Part shown: piece by piece, positions 1-9,085 of the stretch
How the letters are laid out: the number at the start of each line of letters is the position of its first letter
Numbering within the stretch: the first letter of the stretch is position 1
IMG/VR virus record: IMGVR_UViG_3300017963_000033
Location: 1 to 64,000 of that record
DNA length: 64,000 bases
Source: a virus
Reading direction: 5' to 3' (one strand)
Translations under genes and position numbers: made by a program
The notes under the pieces: generated by a model
What the model was told of the DNA's origin: nothing
Databases searched by the model: none
The model's input: only the letters and a program-made list of their open reading frames with translations

Positions 1-99
1 AATTGCCATATACGCAAGGATAGAACGGAAAACGGAAAACGGGACAAAGTGGGGAAAACCGGGACAAACGGTCCCAAACACAAGAAAGGATGGTATAAA

Positions 100-408
100 A
101 TGGACGCAAGGATTGACGATCTGGTCGCAAGGATGCCCGAGGGCTGTGGCTTTAATCGCGAGGGACACGACATCCTGAAAAACGGCAAGGTGAGAGTCTA
201 TGGCTCCTATCATGTTATGAGCGAGTGGGGATACTATGTTGGGTATGCTGATTTTTCGGTCACGTTCGACCCAACGCTGCCCGACGATGAAATTGGCCGA
301 ACGTTCCGCCTTATGTTTCACGGCCAGACATCCCACTACCTCGCAAGGTATTATGACTTGAGAGAATATATCGAGGATACCGTCTACTATGGCTTGACGG
401 AAAGTTGA
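100..408 (+). CDS. Hypothetical early protein
   Basis: ATG at 100 after AGAAAGGA RBS. Confidence 0.75.
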   Translation: MDARIDDLVARMPEGCGFNREGHDILKNGKVRVYGSYHVMSEWGYYVGYADFSVTFDPTLPDDEIGRTFRLMFHGQTSHYLARYYDLREYIEDTVYYGLTES

Positions 409-556
409 CAAAACGGAATAGGCAAGGCAAAACCGGCTTTTGCCTTGCTGCCCGTTAACCCTACTGCGAGATCAAAACGGGTGAAGTGCAAACTATCGCA
501 GTATGTTTGCAAACGGGCAGCAGTGCAAAAGCCAAAAAATCAGAAAGGGGATAATC

Positions 557-748
557 ATGCTTTACATCTTGGCGGTTTTCGTGGCAATATGGGCAATTTT
601 TGGGTTTGCGGATTATGCCCACAGACATCCTATCCTGGCCCGCGTTTTCGTGGCGGTCGGCCTGACGGTGACTCTGGTCTCGGTGGCTTATATCTATGGC
701 TTGCAATTCCATGCTGCAACCGGGCCATTGTCAATCTGGAACTGGTAG
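557..748 (+). CDS. Small two-TM membrane protein
   Basis: RBS AGAAAGGGG; two hydrophobic segments (MLYILAVF...). Confidence 0.7.
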   Translation: MLYILAVFVAIWAIFGFADYAHRHPILARVFVAVGLTVTLVSVAYIYGLQFHAATGPLSIWNW

Positions 749-816
749 ACAAAAGCGAGGGCGAAAACACAAAGCGCCGCACTCACAGAACACAGAACAG
801 AAAGGGGATTTTTACC

Positions 817-1032
817 ATGTTCGATAGTTGGATGAAATGCAAAAAGTTGCGAACAGACTCGCCCGCCTATGTAGAATATAGGGCAATGACAGAGGCGGAA
901 GAGCGAAAAGCACGGCAAAGCGCCGTCAAGCGGACCATTGCCATTAGCCGCCGTTTTTCGGATGATGCAATCACGTGGTCGCACACCAACGCGGTGGCCG
1001 ATGCAAACGGATTGCCCACGGGCAGGAACTAA
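817..1032 (+). CDS. Hypothetical protein
   Basis: RBS AGAAAGGGG before ATG 817 (MFDSWMK...). Confidence 0.7.
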   Translation: MFDSWMKCKKLRTDSPAYVEYRAMTEAEERKARQSAVKRTIAISRRFSDDAITWSHTNAVADANGLPTGRN

Positions 1033-1154
1033 CCATGAAAACCCGACGAGTACAGAACGTGGCGGCGGCGGTTTTGCGGACGATTATCAGGCTAGAATGG
1101 GCGCTAGTCGCCCGATAGACTTTGCCCAAACGGGCAGGAAAGGAACGGAGTACA

Positions 1155-1469
1155 ATGGCAATCGAGATTATCACGAACGGGCATTCTAGGGATCTGCTGC
1201 ACTACTGGGAATTGACAGACAAGGAAAGGGAATGGTTCGACTTTGACGGCGCGGAGGATGCGGAGTATTTCTACTACCGAGGCGAGTGCTATTGCATGGC
1301 TGATTTTGTCTGGGTAGATCACCCGTTTTGGTCGGTCGGGCGGCCAAAAGAATTCGACGGATGGGACGGGTATCACTCTGAGGGGTTCTGCGGTGGCCTG
1401 TTGGTCAAGTATCCCCGCGACGATTGGGGGGAAGACACAGAACGGGTTATTGTAGGAGTGTACTACTAA
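1155..1469 (+). CDS. Hypothetical phage early protein
   Basis: RBS present; acidic, aromatic-rich protein MAIEIITNGH... Confidence 0.75.
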   Translation: MAIEIITNGHSRDLLHYWELTDKEREWFDFDGAEDAEYFYYRGECYCMADFVWVDHPFWSVGRPKEFDGWDGYHSEGFCGGLLVKYPRDDWGEDTERVIVGVYY

Positions 1470-1492
1470 GCAAAACCGGGGACCTTGTGTCC

Positions 1493-1534
1493 CCACAGAT
1501 ACCACAAAATCACTCGATTTTGTGGTATCTGTGG
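1493..1534. repeat. Perfect 19-bp inverted repeat hairpin
   Basis: CCACAGATACCACAAAATC-ACTC-GATTTTGTGGTATCTGTGG. Confidence 0.9.
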
Positions 1535-1585
1535 TGGCAAAAGACAAAGCGCCCACGGGCGCTAACACAGAAAGGATGACATACC

Positions 1586-1924
1586 ATGAAAACGAAAACC
1601 GGACGCATCCGCAAAACGGGGATGAAAGTGGAGATTTCACCGCTGCGCTGGGGAGGATACACAGCCAGGCCGGTCGGTCAAGTTTGGGTCAAAAAGTTTG
1701 GCGAGTATATGGCCGATTGGCTGAACAGCGATCCCAGCGTCCCAACGCTGGAGCTGGAGGAGTGCGCCAGTGTACTCTGGCAGCACGACGGGGAATTGCC
1801 CGAAACCGTGACCGAAAACCGGGCGGCCATGCGAGAGCTGGGGCGGGGATGGCCCGTCGTGGTCCTTGTAGATCCCTGGGAGTTTGGTCACTGGCTGGGC
1901 TGGGATGCGCACACGGTAGCATAA
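1586..1924 (+). CDS. Hypothetical protein
   Basis: RBS AGAAAGGA; 112-aa ORF. Confidence 0.7.
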   Translation: MKTKTGRIRKTGMKVEISPLRWGGYTARPVGQVWVKKFGEYMADWLNSDPSVPTLELEECASVLWQHDGELPETVTENRAAMRELGRGWPVVVLVDPWEFGHWLGWDAHTVA

Positions 1925-1994
1925 GAACGGAAAACACAAAACGGGCCGGCGACTTGGCGAAAGGCGGGCGCCGGCCATAGAAAAGGCAAAGGGG

Positions 1995-2240
1995 GTGGAC
2001 GTGATAACAGATAGGGTACTAGCAGTATATGATCGCAAGTCGCCGCGTCACAACTGGCAGATCGTTGGTACGTGCCGGCTGGAAAGCACAGAAAGGGCAG
2101 AGTACCTTGCACAAGTCTGGCGCGAACGGGCCGAAAAAACCGAGGGATGGGAAGAGTACCAACAGCACATTGGACCACTGACCTATCATAACGGGCAGGT
2201 GCCAAGCACCTTTCCAAGGAATCACAAGTGGGAGGGGTAA
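1995..2240 (+). CDS. Hypothetical protein
   Basis: GTG start; adjacent to next ORF. Confidence 0.6.
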   Translation: MDVITDRVLAVYDRKSPRHNWQIVGTCRLESTERAEYLAQVWRERAEKTEGWEEYQQHIGPLTYHNGQVPSTFPRNHKWEG

Positions 2241-2241
2241 A

Positions 2242-2472
2242 ATGGACATCGAACAGAATGACATCCCCAAATGGCTTATCCGTGAACTGATGCGGGGATT
2301 CAAGAACACAGCCATAGATGGGGATGGCTGGTTCCCCATTCATAACGAAAGGGCCAACGATAGGCTTTGTGGCATTTTTGGACTTGCGACCACCTACGCT
2401 GAGTACAAGATCGGGAATTCATTCCGGGTGCGCTTTGATTGGGCAATCCAACGGTGGCGCGTTTCAGCATAG
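2242..2472 (+). CDS. Hypothetical protein
   Basis: GGAGG RBS; starts 1 nt after previous stop. Confidence 0.65.
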   Translation: MDIEQNDIPKWLIRELMRGFKNTAIDGDGWFPIHNERANDRLCGIFGLATTYAEYKIGNSFRVRFDWAIQRWRVSA

Positions 2473-2667
2473 CGCGGGCGGCCAATTGACAAAGCGCCCG
2501 GCTGGGCATTCGAAATCCACCGGGCGGCCTTTGCCTGGCCAGTACCGACGAATAGGCCGGGAACGCTGGGCAAAGGTGGGACAAGCCATAACAGAACGGC
2601 GGCCACAGGGGCCGGCGGGCGCTTTGTCAAAGGCGGGACAGAAAAAACAAACGAAAGGGGAAAGGCG

Positions 2668-2889
2668 ATGGCCACAAGATTGCAAAGATCACAACTATGT
2701 AAAGGGTTTTTGAGGTTGCATGGCAAAGGCCAGGAACTGGACGCAATGGAGGCCGCCCGGCTGATGAATGATACCTGGGGCATCAAAGAGGATTGGCATG
2801 AATTCGCCTATGCCCTGGATGACCTATGCCGGGCGGGTGAAGCCACGAGGACAAAGATCGGCGGGTTCGAACGGTACATTGTAACCTGA
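2668..2889 (+). CDS. Hypothetical protein (possible winged helix)
   Basis: RBS present; short helical protein ending in a predicted beta hairpin. Confidence 0.6.
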   Translation: MATRLQRSQLCKGFLRLHGKGQELDAMEAARLMNDTWGIKEDWHEFAYALDDLCRAGEATRTKIGGFERYIVT

Positions 2890-3013
2890 AAACGGAAAGG
2901 GGCAAGCCTTCACTTGCCCCCTACTCTGTGGGCGGGTGCGTTGGTACGCGGCCACAGAGTAGGGAAAAATCAAAGGGGCGAAAGGCCCAAAACACAAAAA
3001 AGGAGAGTGTAAA

Positions 3014-3412
3014 ATGTTGGCTGGAAATGTTACGGTAGGAGAGCTGGACAAAGCATTGGAGAAAACCAACGAACGGTACGAGGGCAACTTGATCTGGAAA
3101 AGGTCTCCCGAACGTGTTGGCCGCCGCTTCCGCTTTACCTTGACGGTCAAAACGTCAAAGGGCAAAGGCGGACGGCGCGGTCACTCTGGCCGGCGCATCG
3201 CTGCGGCGTGTTACCATGCGCATGGGGACTTTTTTGACAACTTGCTGGAGATCCAGCCCGAGGCGTTTGTCCTGGTGGCTGGGGCAAAGGGGCAAAAGCG
3301 CATCGACATCGACGGCGGCAACTGGGAGGATTATAACCTCGGCAGCAACTGGCGGCCATTGTACGCATCCGAAGCCTGCGACTGCTGGGAATGGGATAAT
3401 CCTAGTGCGTAA
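3014..3412 (+). CDS. Hypothetical protein
   Basis: AAAGGAG RBS; C-x-H-x-H and CDC motifs. Confidence 0.75.
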   Translation: MLAGNVTVGELDKALEKTNERYEGNLIWKRSPERVGRRFRFTLTVKTSKGKGGRRGHSGRRIAAACYHAHGDFFDNLLEIQPEAFVLVAGAKGQKRIDIDGGNWEDYNLGSNWRPLYASEACDCWEWDNPSA

Positions 3413-3519
3413 AAGGCAAAGCGCCCGGCTTGCTGGGCAGGTCGGGCGCTTGCGCACAGGTCGGGCGCTTGCGCAAAGGGGCGGAAAGCTCCACAGAACG
3501 AAAACAGAAAGGGGATAAA

Positions 3520-4077
3520 ATGGAAAAGCAGAGAACGTGCGAGGAACGGGTCCAGGAGAACTTGGAAAGTACCCTGGAGGATCTGAGGGTGTTGTGGGCC
3601 GGCTATATGGGCCAGGACTGCCCAGAGTGCGACGGCGACGGGTACACCGACTGCCCCGACTTTGCCGAAAGCGAAGAGGGGGCAAGGGATTGCAGTCAGT
3701 GCGACAAGTGCGACGGGGACGGGTTCCCCGAGTGCGAAACCTGCGAGGGCTCGGGCACCGCACCAGAAGAACACCCGGATCTGGGGTCCTTCTGGGACTA
3801 TGGCCTGTGCTTTGACTATGTGCCCGATGGGACCTTTTCAGACCAGGATGAGGGGTATTTCAGATACCAACTAAGCACCGGGGGACCGGGGGATGAATTC
3901 CGGTTCTTTGTGGGCTATGACCACAGGCCCTACCGGGTGGAATATTGGTTCCTGGATTGGTTCGACGGCGCAAGCCGCACACTCTACGGCCAGGACCGGG
4001 ACCTGTTGCTGGACATCTTTGCCACGTTCGAGGAGATCGGCTCGGTGGAAAAGGCGTTCGAGGATGCCACTGACTGA
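3520..4077 (+). CDS. Hypothetical protein with DnaJ-type CxxCxGxG zinc-finger insert
   Basis: CPECDGDG, CDKCDGDG, CETCEGSG; RBS AGAAAGGGG. Confidence 0.75.
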   Translation: MEKQRTCEERVQENLESTLEDLRVLWAGYMGQDCPECDGDGYTDCPDFAESEEGARDCSQCDKCDGDGFPECETCEGSGTAPEEHPDLGSFWDYGLCFDYVPDGTFSDQDEGYFRYQLSTGGPGDEFRFFVGYDHRPYRVEYWFLDWFDGASRTLYGQDRDLLLDIFATFEEIGSVEKAFEDATD

Positions 4078-4315
4078 CCCAAAGGGGCGACTTTGACAAG
4101 GGCGGCGATGGAAACCGCAAAGGGGGAGGGGCAGCCCTCCCCCACAAAGAAAGGGGGACATCATGTAACCGCAAAGGTCAACCGGCAAGCCGATAACTGA
4201 ATAGCGCAGGGGTGCCCTCCCCTGCCAGGTGGCGACGTGCAGGGTACGCCGGCACCTGGCAGTGAAGGGCAAAAAGAACGCAAAGGGGGCGAAAGGCCCC
4301 AGAAAGGGGAAAGTT

Positions 4316-4621
4316 ATGATTCGCAGGTTCACTATCAAAGGGCACGGACAGGGGTATTTCTCAGTATGCGAGGATACACTATACAGTCCCGAGACGGCGA
4401 GAAACCTGGCCTATGACCTCCGGGCTGATGGTTTCTATTCAGAAGCTGGATGGTATGCCGCCCGCGCAAGGGAGGGGACTCAGTTTATCCGGGAAACTAG
4501 CGTTGGGACACGCTTCTGGGAGTATGAACTGCCCAGAAAGGTGCTGCGCAAAGTCACCAGAGAACAGCGCCACGCATTGGACAAAGGCCAGACGATCACC
4601 GTCTACGCCTGCATATACTGA
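4316..4621 (+). CDS. Hypothetical protein
   Basis: RBS AGAAAGGGG before ATG 4316. Confidence 0.7.
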   Translation: MIRRFTIKGHGQGYFSVCEDTLYSPETARNLAYDLRADGFYSEAGWYAARAREGTQFIRETSVGTRFWEYELPRKVLRKVTREQRHALDKGQTITVYACIY

Positions 4622-4632
4622 AAGGGGAGAAC

Positions 4633-5157
4633 ATGAACAGCTTGGAAACTGGACAGATCAAGAAACTGGCGAAGGGATACACGGACAAACAAATGGGCGG
4701 CATCGGCTACAATTCAACCCCCATCGAGGGGGTAGGGTGGTGGTCAAATGGGTCGGCCATCCTTTTCGAGGAGTACAAACAGCACAGCGGAAAGGTGCAG
4801 ATGCCCGAGCCCAAGGAGGCAACGGGCCGGCAACAGGAGCAGTGCGAAGCCTGGGCCAGTGGGCAGGGAACGCAAGCCTTCCCGGTCGAGGTCGCCAAGT
4901 TTGAGAACAGCGACTTGCGCTTGCTGCGCTTTGTGACCAAAGAGGGCCAGAGTGCATGGCTGGACGGGCGCTATGTGTCGGCACTCCTGAAACCCAAGCG
5001 GGCCGGCAAAGGGGACTTGACCTTTGAGCTGGTCGAGATGTCCCCCAGCGCGGCATTGCTGAGGGTGAAAAACGGGCGGCTCATCGGCATGGTAGCACAG
5101 ATCACCCCCAAGGATCTGGGCGAGATGGAATGGAATTTCAAGGCCCGGCAGGACTAG
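4633..5157 (+). CDS. Hypothetical protein
   Basis: RBS AAAGGGGAG; 174 aa. Confidence 0.75.
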   Translation: MNSLETGQIKKLAKGYTDKQMGGIGYNSTPIEGVGWWSNGSAILFEEYKQHSGKVQMPEPKEATGRQQEQCEAWASGQGTQAFPVEVAKFENSDLRLLRFVTKEGQSAWLDGRYVSALLKPKRAGKGDLTFELVEMSPSAALLRVKNGRLIGMVAQITPKDLGEMEWNFKARQD

Positions 5158-5217
5158 CCGAGGCACAAGCAAAGGGCCGGGCGGCGGCAAAGTCGCCCGG
5201 CCAGAAAGGGGAAAAGG

Positions 5218-5451
5218 ATGAGCTACTTGGACAATGAGATCGGGCGCTGCACATGCTGCGGGGACCCTGTGCCCAGAGAAACCCTGGACAAAGGGATCTG
5301 CGCTTATTGCCGGGATGAACACGCGGGACGGGCCAACTATTCGGCATCCTGGCCGCGAATTCGGCAAAGTCGGGCACCCTATGCCGGCAACCTGTGCCAC
5401 GTCGAGAGCAATACGCCGCTGGGCGCGATGCTGGAAAAGGTTGGGCAATAG
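5218..5451 (+). CDS. Small zinc-finger protein
   Basis: CTCCG...CAYC; RBS present. Confidence 0.65.
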   Translation: MSYLDNEIGRCTCCGDPVPRETLDKGICAYCRDEHAGRANYSASWPRIRQSRAPYAGNLCHVESNTPLGAMLEKVGQ

Positions 5452-5474
5452 CCCACGAACAGAAAGGGGAAAAG

Positions 5475-5759
5475 ATGTTAGCACAAGAGCATTACCGGGA
5501 AATGTTGGACAAGATCAACGGGATGGATGTCAAGGAACTGTGGCAGTTTGTCAGGGAAGATCCCGAAACCGCCGAACATTACAAAGATGAGATCAAGGAT
5601 CGGCTGGGCATGTTGTGCTGGGAGATTGGGCGCATCTGGGATGAGGTCGAGGGAACGGACTACAACAAGCGGACCCCCTCCAGCCCGGTCATGGGCACCC
5701 CCAACCGGCGCAGCATGACCTACAAACTCCGCAAGGTGGCGGGGTTCAGCTATCCGTAA
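5475..5759 (+). CDS. Hypothetical protein
   Basis: RBS AGAAAGGGG. Confidence 0.7.
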   Translation: MLAQEHYREMLDKINGMDVKELWQFVREDPETAEHYKDEIKDRLGMLCWEIGRIWDEVEGTDYNKRTPSSPVMGTPNRRSMTYKLRKVAGFSYP

Positions 5760-5776
5760 CAGAAAGGAGACAAATC

Positions 5777-5881
5777 ATGTACGAAGTGACCCAGGATGCA
5801 AAGGTGTTGGCTGAGTCCGCAGAGGGCAAGACGGCGCGAGATGAGATGGTATACTATCGGGATGTTTACCTAAACATCTAA
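5777..5881 (+). CDS. 34-aa small protein (MYEVTQDAKV...)
   Basis: Strong AGAAAGGAGA RBS; below the ORF-track cutoff. Confidence 0.5.
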   Translation: MYEVTQDAKVLAESAEGKTARDEMVYYRDVYLNI

Positions 5882-5885
5882 GGGA

Positions 5886-5914
5886 TTGACACCCCTGCCA
5901 ACGTGTGCTATAAT
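5886..5914 (+). promoter_or_regulatory. Consensus sigma70/SigA promoter
   Basis: TTGACA-17 bp-TATAAT with extended -10 TG. Confidence 0.85.
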
Positions 5915-5979
5915 ACGCTGGTAGGGGTGCGGTGGTGATAAGAGCCGTTATACCAAGTAAAATCAGAAAGGGGACAACG

Positions 5980-6405
5980 ATGACAAGCGCCAAGGAAAAC
6001 TGGGACGAAAAAATCAGCAACATCAGGCGGAGAGATGGCGGCTTTACAGGAGAGCCACCTGAACAGAATGTCGCTGATTCTATGAACCTTGAAGAAATCG
6101 CCGCCACAGTCCAAGACAACCCAACCCGTGTCTTTGATCTGGCAGGGGCATATTTGGAATATAGACGGGATGCAGAGGGATGCCCCTTTTGTGGTACATG
6201 GTATGCCCCTGGCGAATCCATTCCACCTGGATGCAGGGTTTGCAAGGGAACTTGTGAAGGGGCCAAGATCGCAACCGATGCGGTTGTAGCTGTAATGGAA
6301 AACCATGAGGCTCTGGAAGATAAGCAACTAGAATACTATATCAGGATTCTTGCACCTGGCTATTACCGGAGTGAATTTAGGAATCTCCTCCGCAATCGAC
6401 AATAG
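5980..6405 (+). CDS. Hypothetical zinc-finger protein
   Basis: CPFC...CRVC; directly behind its own promoter; AT-richer than neighbours. Confidence 0.7.
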   Translation: MTSAKENWDEKISNIRRRDGGFTGEPPEQNVADSMNLEEIAATVQDNPTRVFDLAGAYLEYRRDAEGCPFCGTWYAPGESIPPGCRVCKGTCEGAKIATDAVVAVMENHEALEDKQLEYYIRILAPGYYRSEFRNLLRNRQ

Positions 6406-6481
6406 CTAAAGCCCCAACGGGCCACAGCGAGGCCACAGGCGGGTGAGAGGCCGCCGCAAACGGACCTAAAGGAGGTTCACG

Positions 6482-7237
6482 ATGAAAACGGTAAATGATG
6501 GATTCCCTGGAAATCTGGACAGCACCTATTTCACGGCCACCGACTGCGAACCCTTTGTCGAGGCCAAAAGGGTGCATTACTACGATGGCAATGGCAGCCG
6601 GCGCTCCTGGGGCGCTCCCCAGGTGACCACGACCATCGTGGTGGATGAGTGCGATTTTCTGGCCCTGCACTTTGGGTTCAGCCACAAGCACCGGGGCGGT
6701 CAGGCGTGGCGCTACTATGTTATGGATAAGGGGACCCCGACGCGCAAACTCTGGCGCTCCCTCACCGACGATGAGCGGCAATTGGTCCTCGACAACGAGG
6801 ACAAGGCTCCTCGCTGGGCAAAGTCGCCTGGCAAACTGCGGGCCGATTACCGCAAGCCTACCCACACCGCGTTCACCGGCTACAAGATCCTGCGGGACAA
6901 AGGGGATGGCACATTCTCCAGCCTTTACGATGGCACGGAATGGGAAATCGGGAAGCGCAACGGGGAAGCGGTAGATCCCAGGTCTGGCAGCGATGGCTGG
7001 GGAAACCACCACCACGGCGGCGGGTTCTATGTCCACAAAGAGGTTGATTCGCTGATGAAGCTCTGGGAGCAGAGAGACCTGGTGCCTGAACGGTGCTACG
7101 AACCGGGCCAATATGCCCTGGTGGAATGCGAGTGCTCTGGACGGCAGGCACACTTTTCCAGCGGAAAGGTGGCGGTGACCTACTGCAAGCCGGTCAAGGT
7201 GCAGTCACACATCTCGCTGGAAGGAGAATTGGCATGA
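6482..7237 (+). CDS. Hypothetical protein
   Basis: AAGGAGG RBS; 251 aa. Confidence 0.8.
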   Translation: MKTVNDGFPGNLDSTYFTATDCEPFVEAKRVHYYDGNGSRRSWGAPQVTTTIVVDECDFLALHFGFSHKHRGGQAWRYYVMDKGTPTRKLWRSLTDDERQLVLDNEDKAPRWAKSPGKLRADYRKPTHTAFTGYKILRDKGDGTFSSLYDGTEWEIGKRNGEAVDPRSGSDGWGNHHHGGGFYVHKEVDSLMKLWEQRDLVPERCYEPGQYALVECECSGRQAHFSSGKVAVTYCKPVKVQSHISLEGELA

Positions 7238-7506
7238 AATGGCGACCCGCATGGTCTGAGGCCAGACGCGCCGGCCAGACGGCACGAAACCACGAACTGG
7301 CATCACGTCACCCTGGGGACCAGGGCAGCACCCTGATGGACCCCATCGAGGAGCAGGAAAAGCCATTCTGCTTCTTTTGTCAGGAGAACCGCACAACTAA
7401 GCTCAAGGTCGGCAAACTGGGCAGCAATGGATGCCTGGGCTATGGGGTGTACTGCGAAAAGTGCGGACCAGACCCAGCATCAAAGAGGGGGGAAAACCAT
7501 GGGTAA
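7234..7506 (+). CDS. Zinc-ribbon protein
   Basis: ATGA overlap; CFFC...CEKC. Confidence 0.65.
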   Translation: MKWRPAWSEARRAGQTARNHELASRHPGDQGSTLMDPIEEQEKPFCFFCQENRTTKLKVGKLGSNGCLGYGVYCEKCGPDPASKRGENHG

Positions 7507-7681
7507 ACTCTTCAAGATTCCCACCGGAGGCCGGCGGCGAGGCCGGCGCACCAATCCGATGCCCAAGATGGACTTTGAGAAATTGACGGGCATCAAGAAA
7601 GGGGACGTGATGGGGCTCAAAACGCCCTCAGCGGGCTCGGTCAAGTCCACACTCAGCTTCAAGGACTTGATCGGGTGGTAG
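7499..7681 (+). CDS. Small basic protein
   Basis: Overlapping start; Arg/Lys rich. Confidence 0.55.
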   Translation: MGKLFKIPTGGRRRGRRTNPMPKMDFEKLTGIKKGDVMGLKTPSAGSVKSTLSFKDLIGW

Positions 7682-7716
7682 CAACGCCCCGCCGTCGAGG
7701 GGCGGCGGGGCAACCT

Positions 7717-7789
7717 GGGCCGGCATGTACCAAGGGGGCGATTGGCACTTGCAATGCCGATGTGGCGGGTTCGATTCCCGCCCGGTCCA
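7717..7789 (+). tRNA. tRNA-Ala (UGC) with atypical D-arm, no encoded CCA
   Basis: Acceptor GGGCCGG/CCGGTCC with G3:U70 Ala identity and A73; anticodon arm TGGCA-CTTGCAA-TGCCG; T arm GCGGG-TTCGATT-CCCGC. Confidence 0.85.
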
Positions 7790-7830
7790 CTGGATGGATG
7801 TAAAATCAGAATCAGAAAGGAGATTGACAG

Positions 7831-8070
7831 ATGAAATTCACGAGGTATGTATTCCCCGTCAAGCAGGCAGCGGTCATGGAATCCATGCAGGACGAAAAGG
7901 TCACCGTGACCTTGACCTGGGCTGAGATCAACCTGCTGGAGGCGGCCATCAGGGTGGCCAAGGCCAGTGGTGACCTGGCAGCATACTATAGAGAACTGCG
8001 CAGCATCGAAACGGCGCTTTCCGTCGCCACGGCTGACCTGTTCGTGAAAGCAGCGGACAAGGCTGCATAA
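7831..8070 (+). CDS. Hypothetical cassette protein 1 (MKFTRYV...)
   Basis: RBS lies within repeat A. Confidence 0.75.
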   Translation: MKFTRYVFPVKQAAVMESMQDEKVTVTLTWAEINLLEAAIRVAKASGDLAAYYRELRSIETALSVATADLFVKAADKAA

Positions 8071-8129
8071 CACCAAGGGGGCATCCCGCCTGGGGTGCCC
8101 CGCAAGTAAATCAGAAAGGAGACTGACAG

Positions 8130-8366
8130 ATGAAATTCACGAGATATGCAAACCTGACCGAGGAACAGAAAGACAGGATTGTGGACTCCTATCGCTATGC
8201 CAAGTTTATGGGCTCAGATGCTGGACACGCAACCTCTTGCGCAGCAGTCAACGGCCTGGGACTGACCGACAAGCAGTGGAACGGCAAAATTGGTTCGGAT
8301 GCCTTTGCGGCAACCATGGCTGTCCTGGTGATGAGGGGGGAAATCACACTGAGCCACAGCGCCTGA
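8130..8366 (+). CDS. Hypothetical cassette protein 2 (MKFTRYA...)
   Basis: RBS lies within repeat A; shares only its first 6 residues with cassette protein 1. Confidence 0.75.
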   Translation: MKFTRYANLTEEQKDRIVDSYRYAKFMGSDAGHATSCAAVNGLGLTDKQWNGKIGSDAFAATMAVLVMRGEITLSHSA

Positions 8367-8457
8367 AACCAAGGGGGCATCCCGCCTGGGGTGCCCCGCA
8401 AGACAATCACTTTGCATAACTATTGTTAGCACAAGAAAACAGAAAGGAGATCGGGAG

Positions 8458-8631
8458 ATGAAAAGAGTACCAATGACATACAAAAGGAATATGATTTTTC
8501 GCTATTCCACGCTTGCCCCGTATCGTTGGGAATGGGGTTACTGGGACCCCTGTGGAACATTTCGGTGTGTTCGCTCTTTTCACCCAGACTTGACACTAGA
8601 CGAGTGCAAGGCAAAACTGAGGGACAAATAG
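8458..8631 (+). CDS. 57-aa cassette protein 3 (MKRVPMTY...)
   Basis: AGAAAGGAG RBS; flanked by repeat C; below the ORF-track cutoff. Confidence 0.6.
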   Translation: MKRVPMTYKRNMIFRYSTLAPYRWEWGYWDPCGTFRCVRSFHPDLTLDECKAKLRDK

Positions 8632-8694
8632 GGAGCACGATAATCACTTTGCATAACTATTTCAGCACAAGAAAACAGAAAGGACATAGATAAC

Positions 8695-9060
8695 ATGCCA
8701 AAGGACTTGGAAAAGCAGAAGGATGGGCTGCTGAATCTCATCGCGTTTGCCGTCGAAACCGATGGGTTCCAGCCGCAAACGGAAGAGCAGGAACGGAAGA
8801 TGCTGGACCTGGTGGAAAGGGTCAGGGCAGACGGTACAAATGCGCAAGACCTGCGCAGCCTGGTCCTCCTCGTGCAGGAGACCATCTCGCTGCCGTTCCT
8901 GACCGCCACCCAGGCTGCCGCATGGCTGGGCCTGGCCTACAGGACCATCCAGGATGCGATGTACCAGAAGCGGCTGCCCAGCGTCAAGATGGGCCACGAC
9001 CGCATCATCATGATGCAGGACATCCTGAAGTATCACGAAAACCGGCGCTACAGTCTGTAG
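8695..9060 (+). CDS. Excisionase-like HTH DNA-binding protein
   Basis: C-terminal LTATQAAAWLGLAYRTI...RLPSVKMG motif; immediately upstream of the recombinase. Confidence 0.75.
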   Translation: MPKDLEKQKDGLLNLIAFAVETDGFQPQTEEQERKMLDLVERVRADGTNAQDLRSLVLLVQETISLPFLTATQAAAWLGLAYRTIQDAMYQKRLPSVKMGHDRIIMMQDILKYHENRRYSL

Positions 9061-9085
9061 GCGCTGGACAGAAAGGAGACAAACC

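Larger units (their letters stand above)
7810..8684 (+). repeat. Interlocking direct repeats A (7810-7849/8109-8148), B (8072-8106/8368-8402), C (8405-8448/8642-8684)
   Basis: A is 40 bp with 2 mismatches; B is a 35-bp identical hairpin; C is about 44 bp and nearly identical. Confidence 0.9.

Noticed and set aside
405-4100. TTGACA hexamers at about 405, 2486 and 4093 as promoters or ssDNA (Frpo-like) promoters
   Set aside because: No credible -10 box at 16-18 bp spacing.
7810-8684. CRISPR array or classical integron
   Set aside because: The repeats come in pairs separated by whole ORFs. There are no cas genes, no RYYYAAC/GTTRRRY attC cores were found, and the recombinase shows no obvious IntI-specific insertion.
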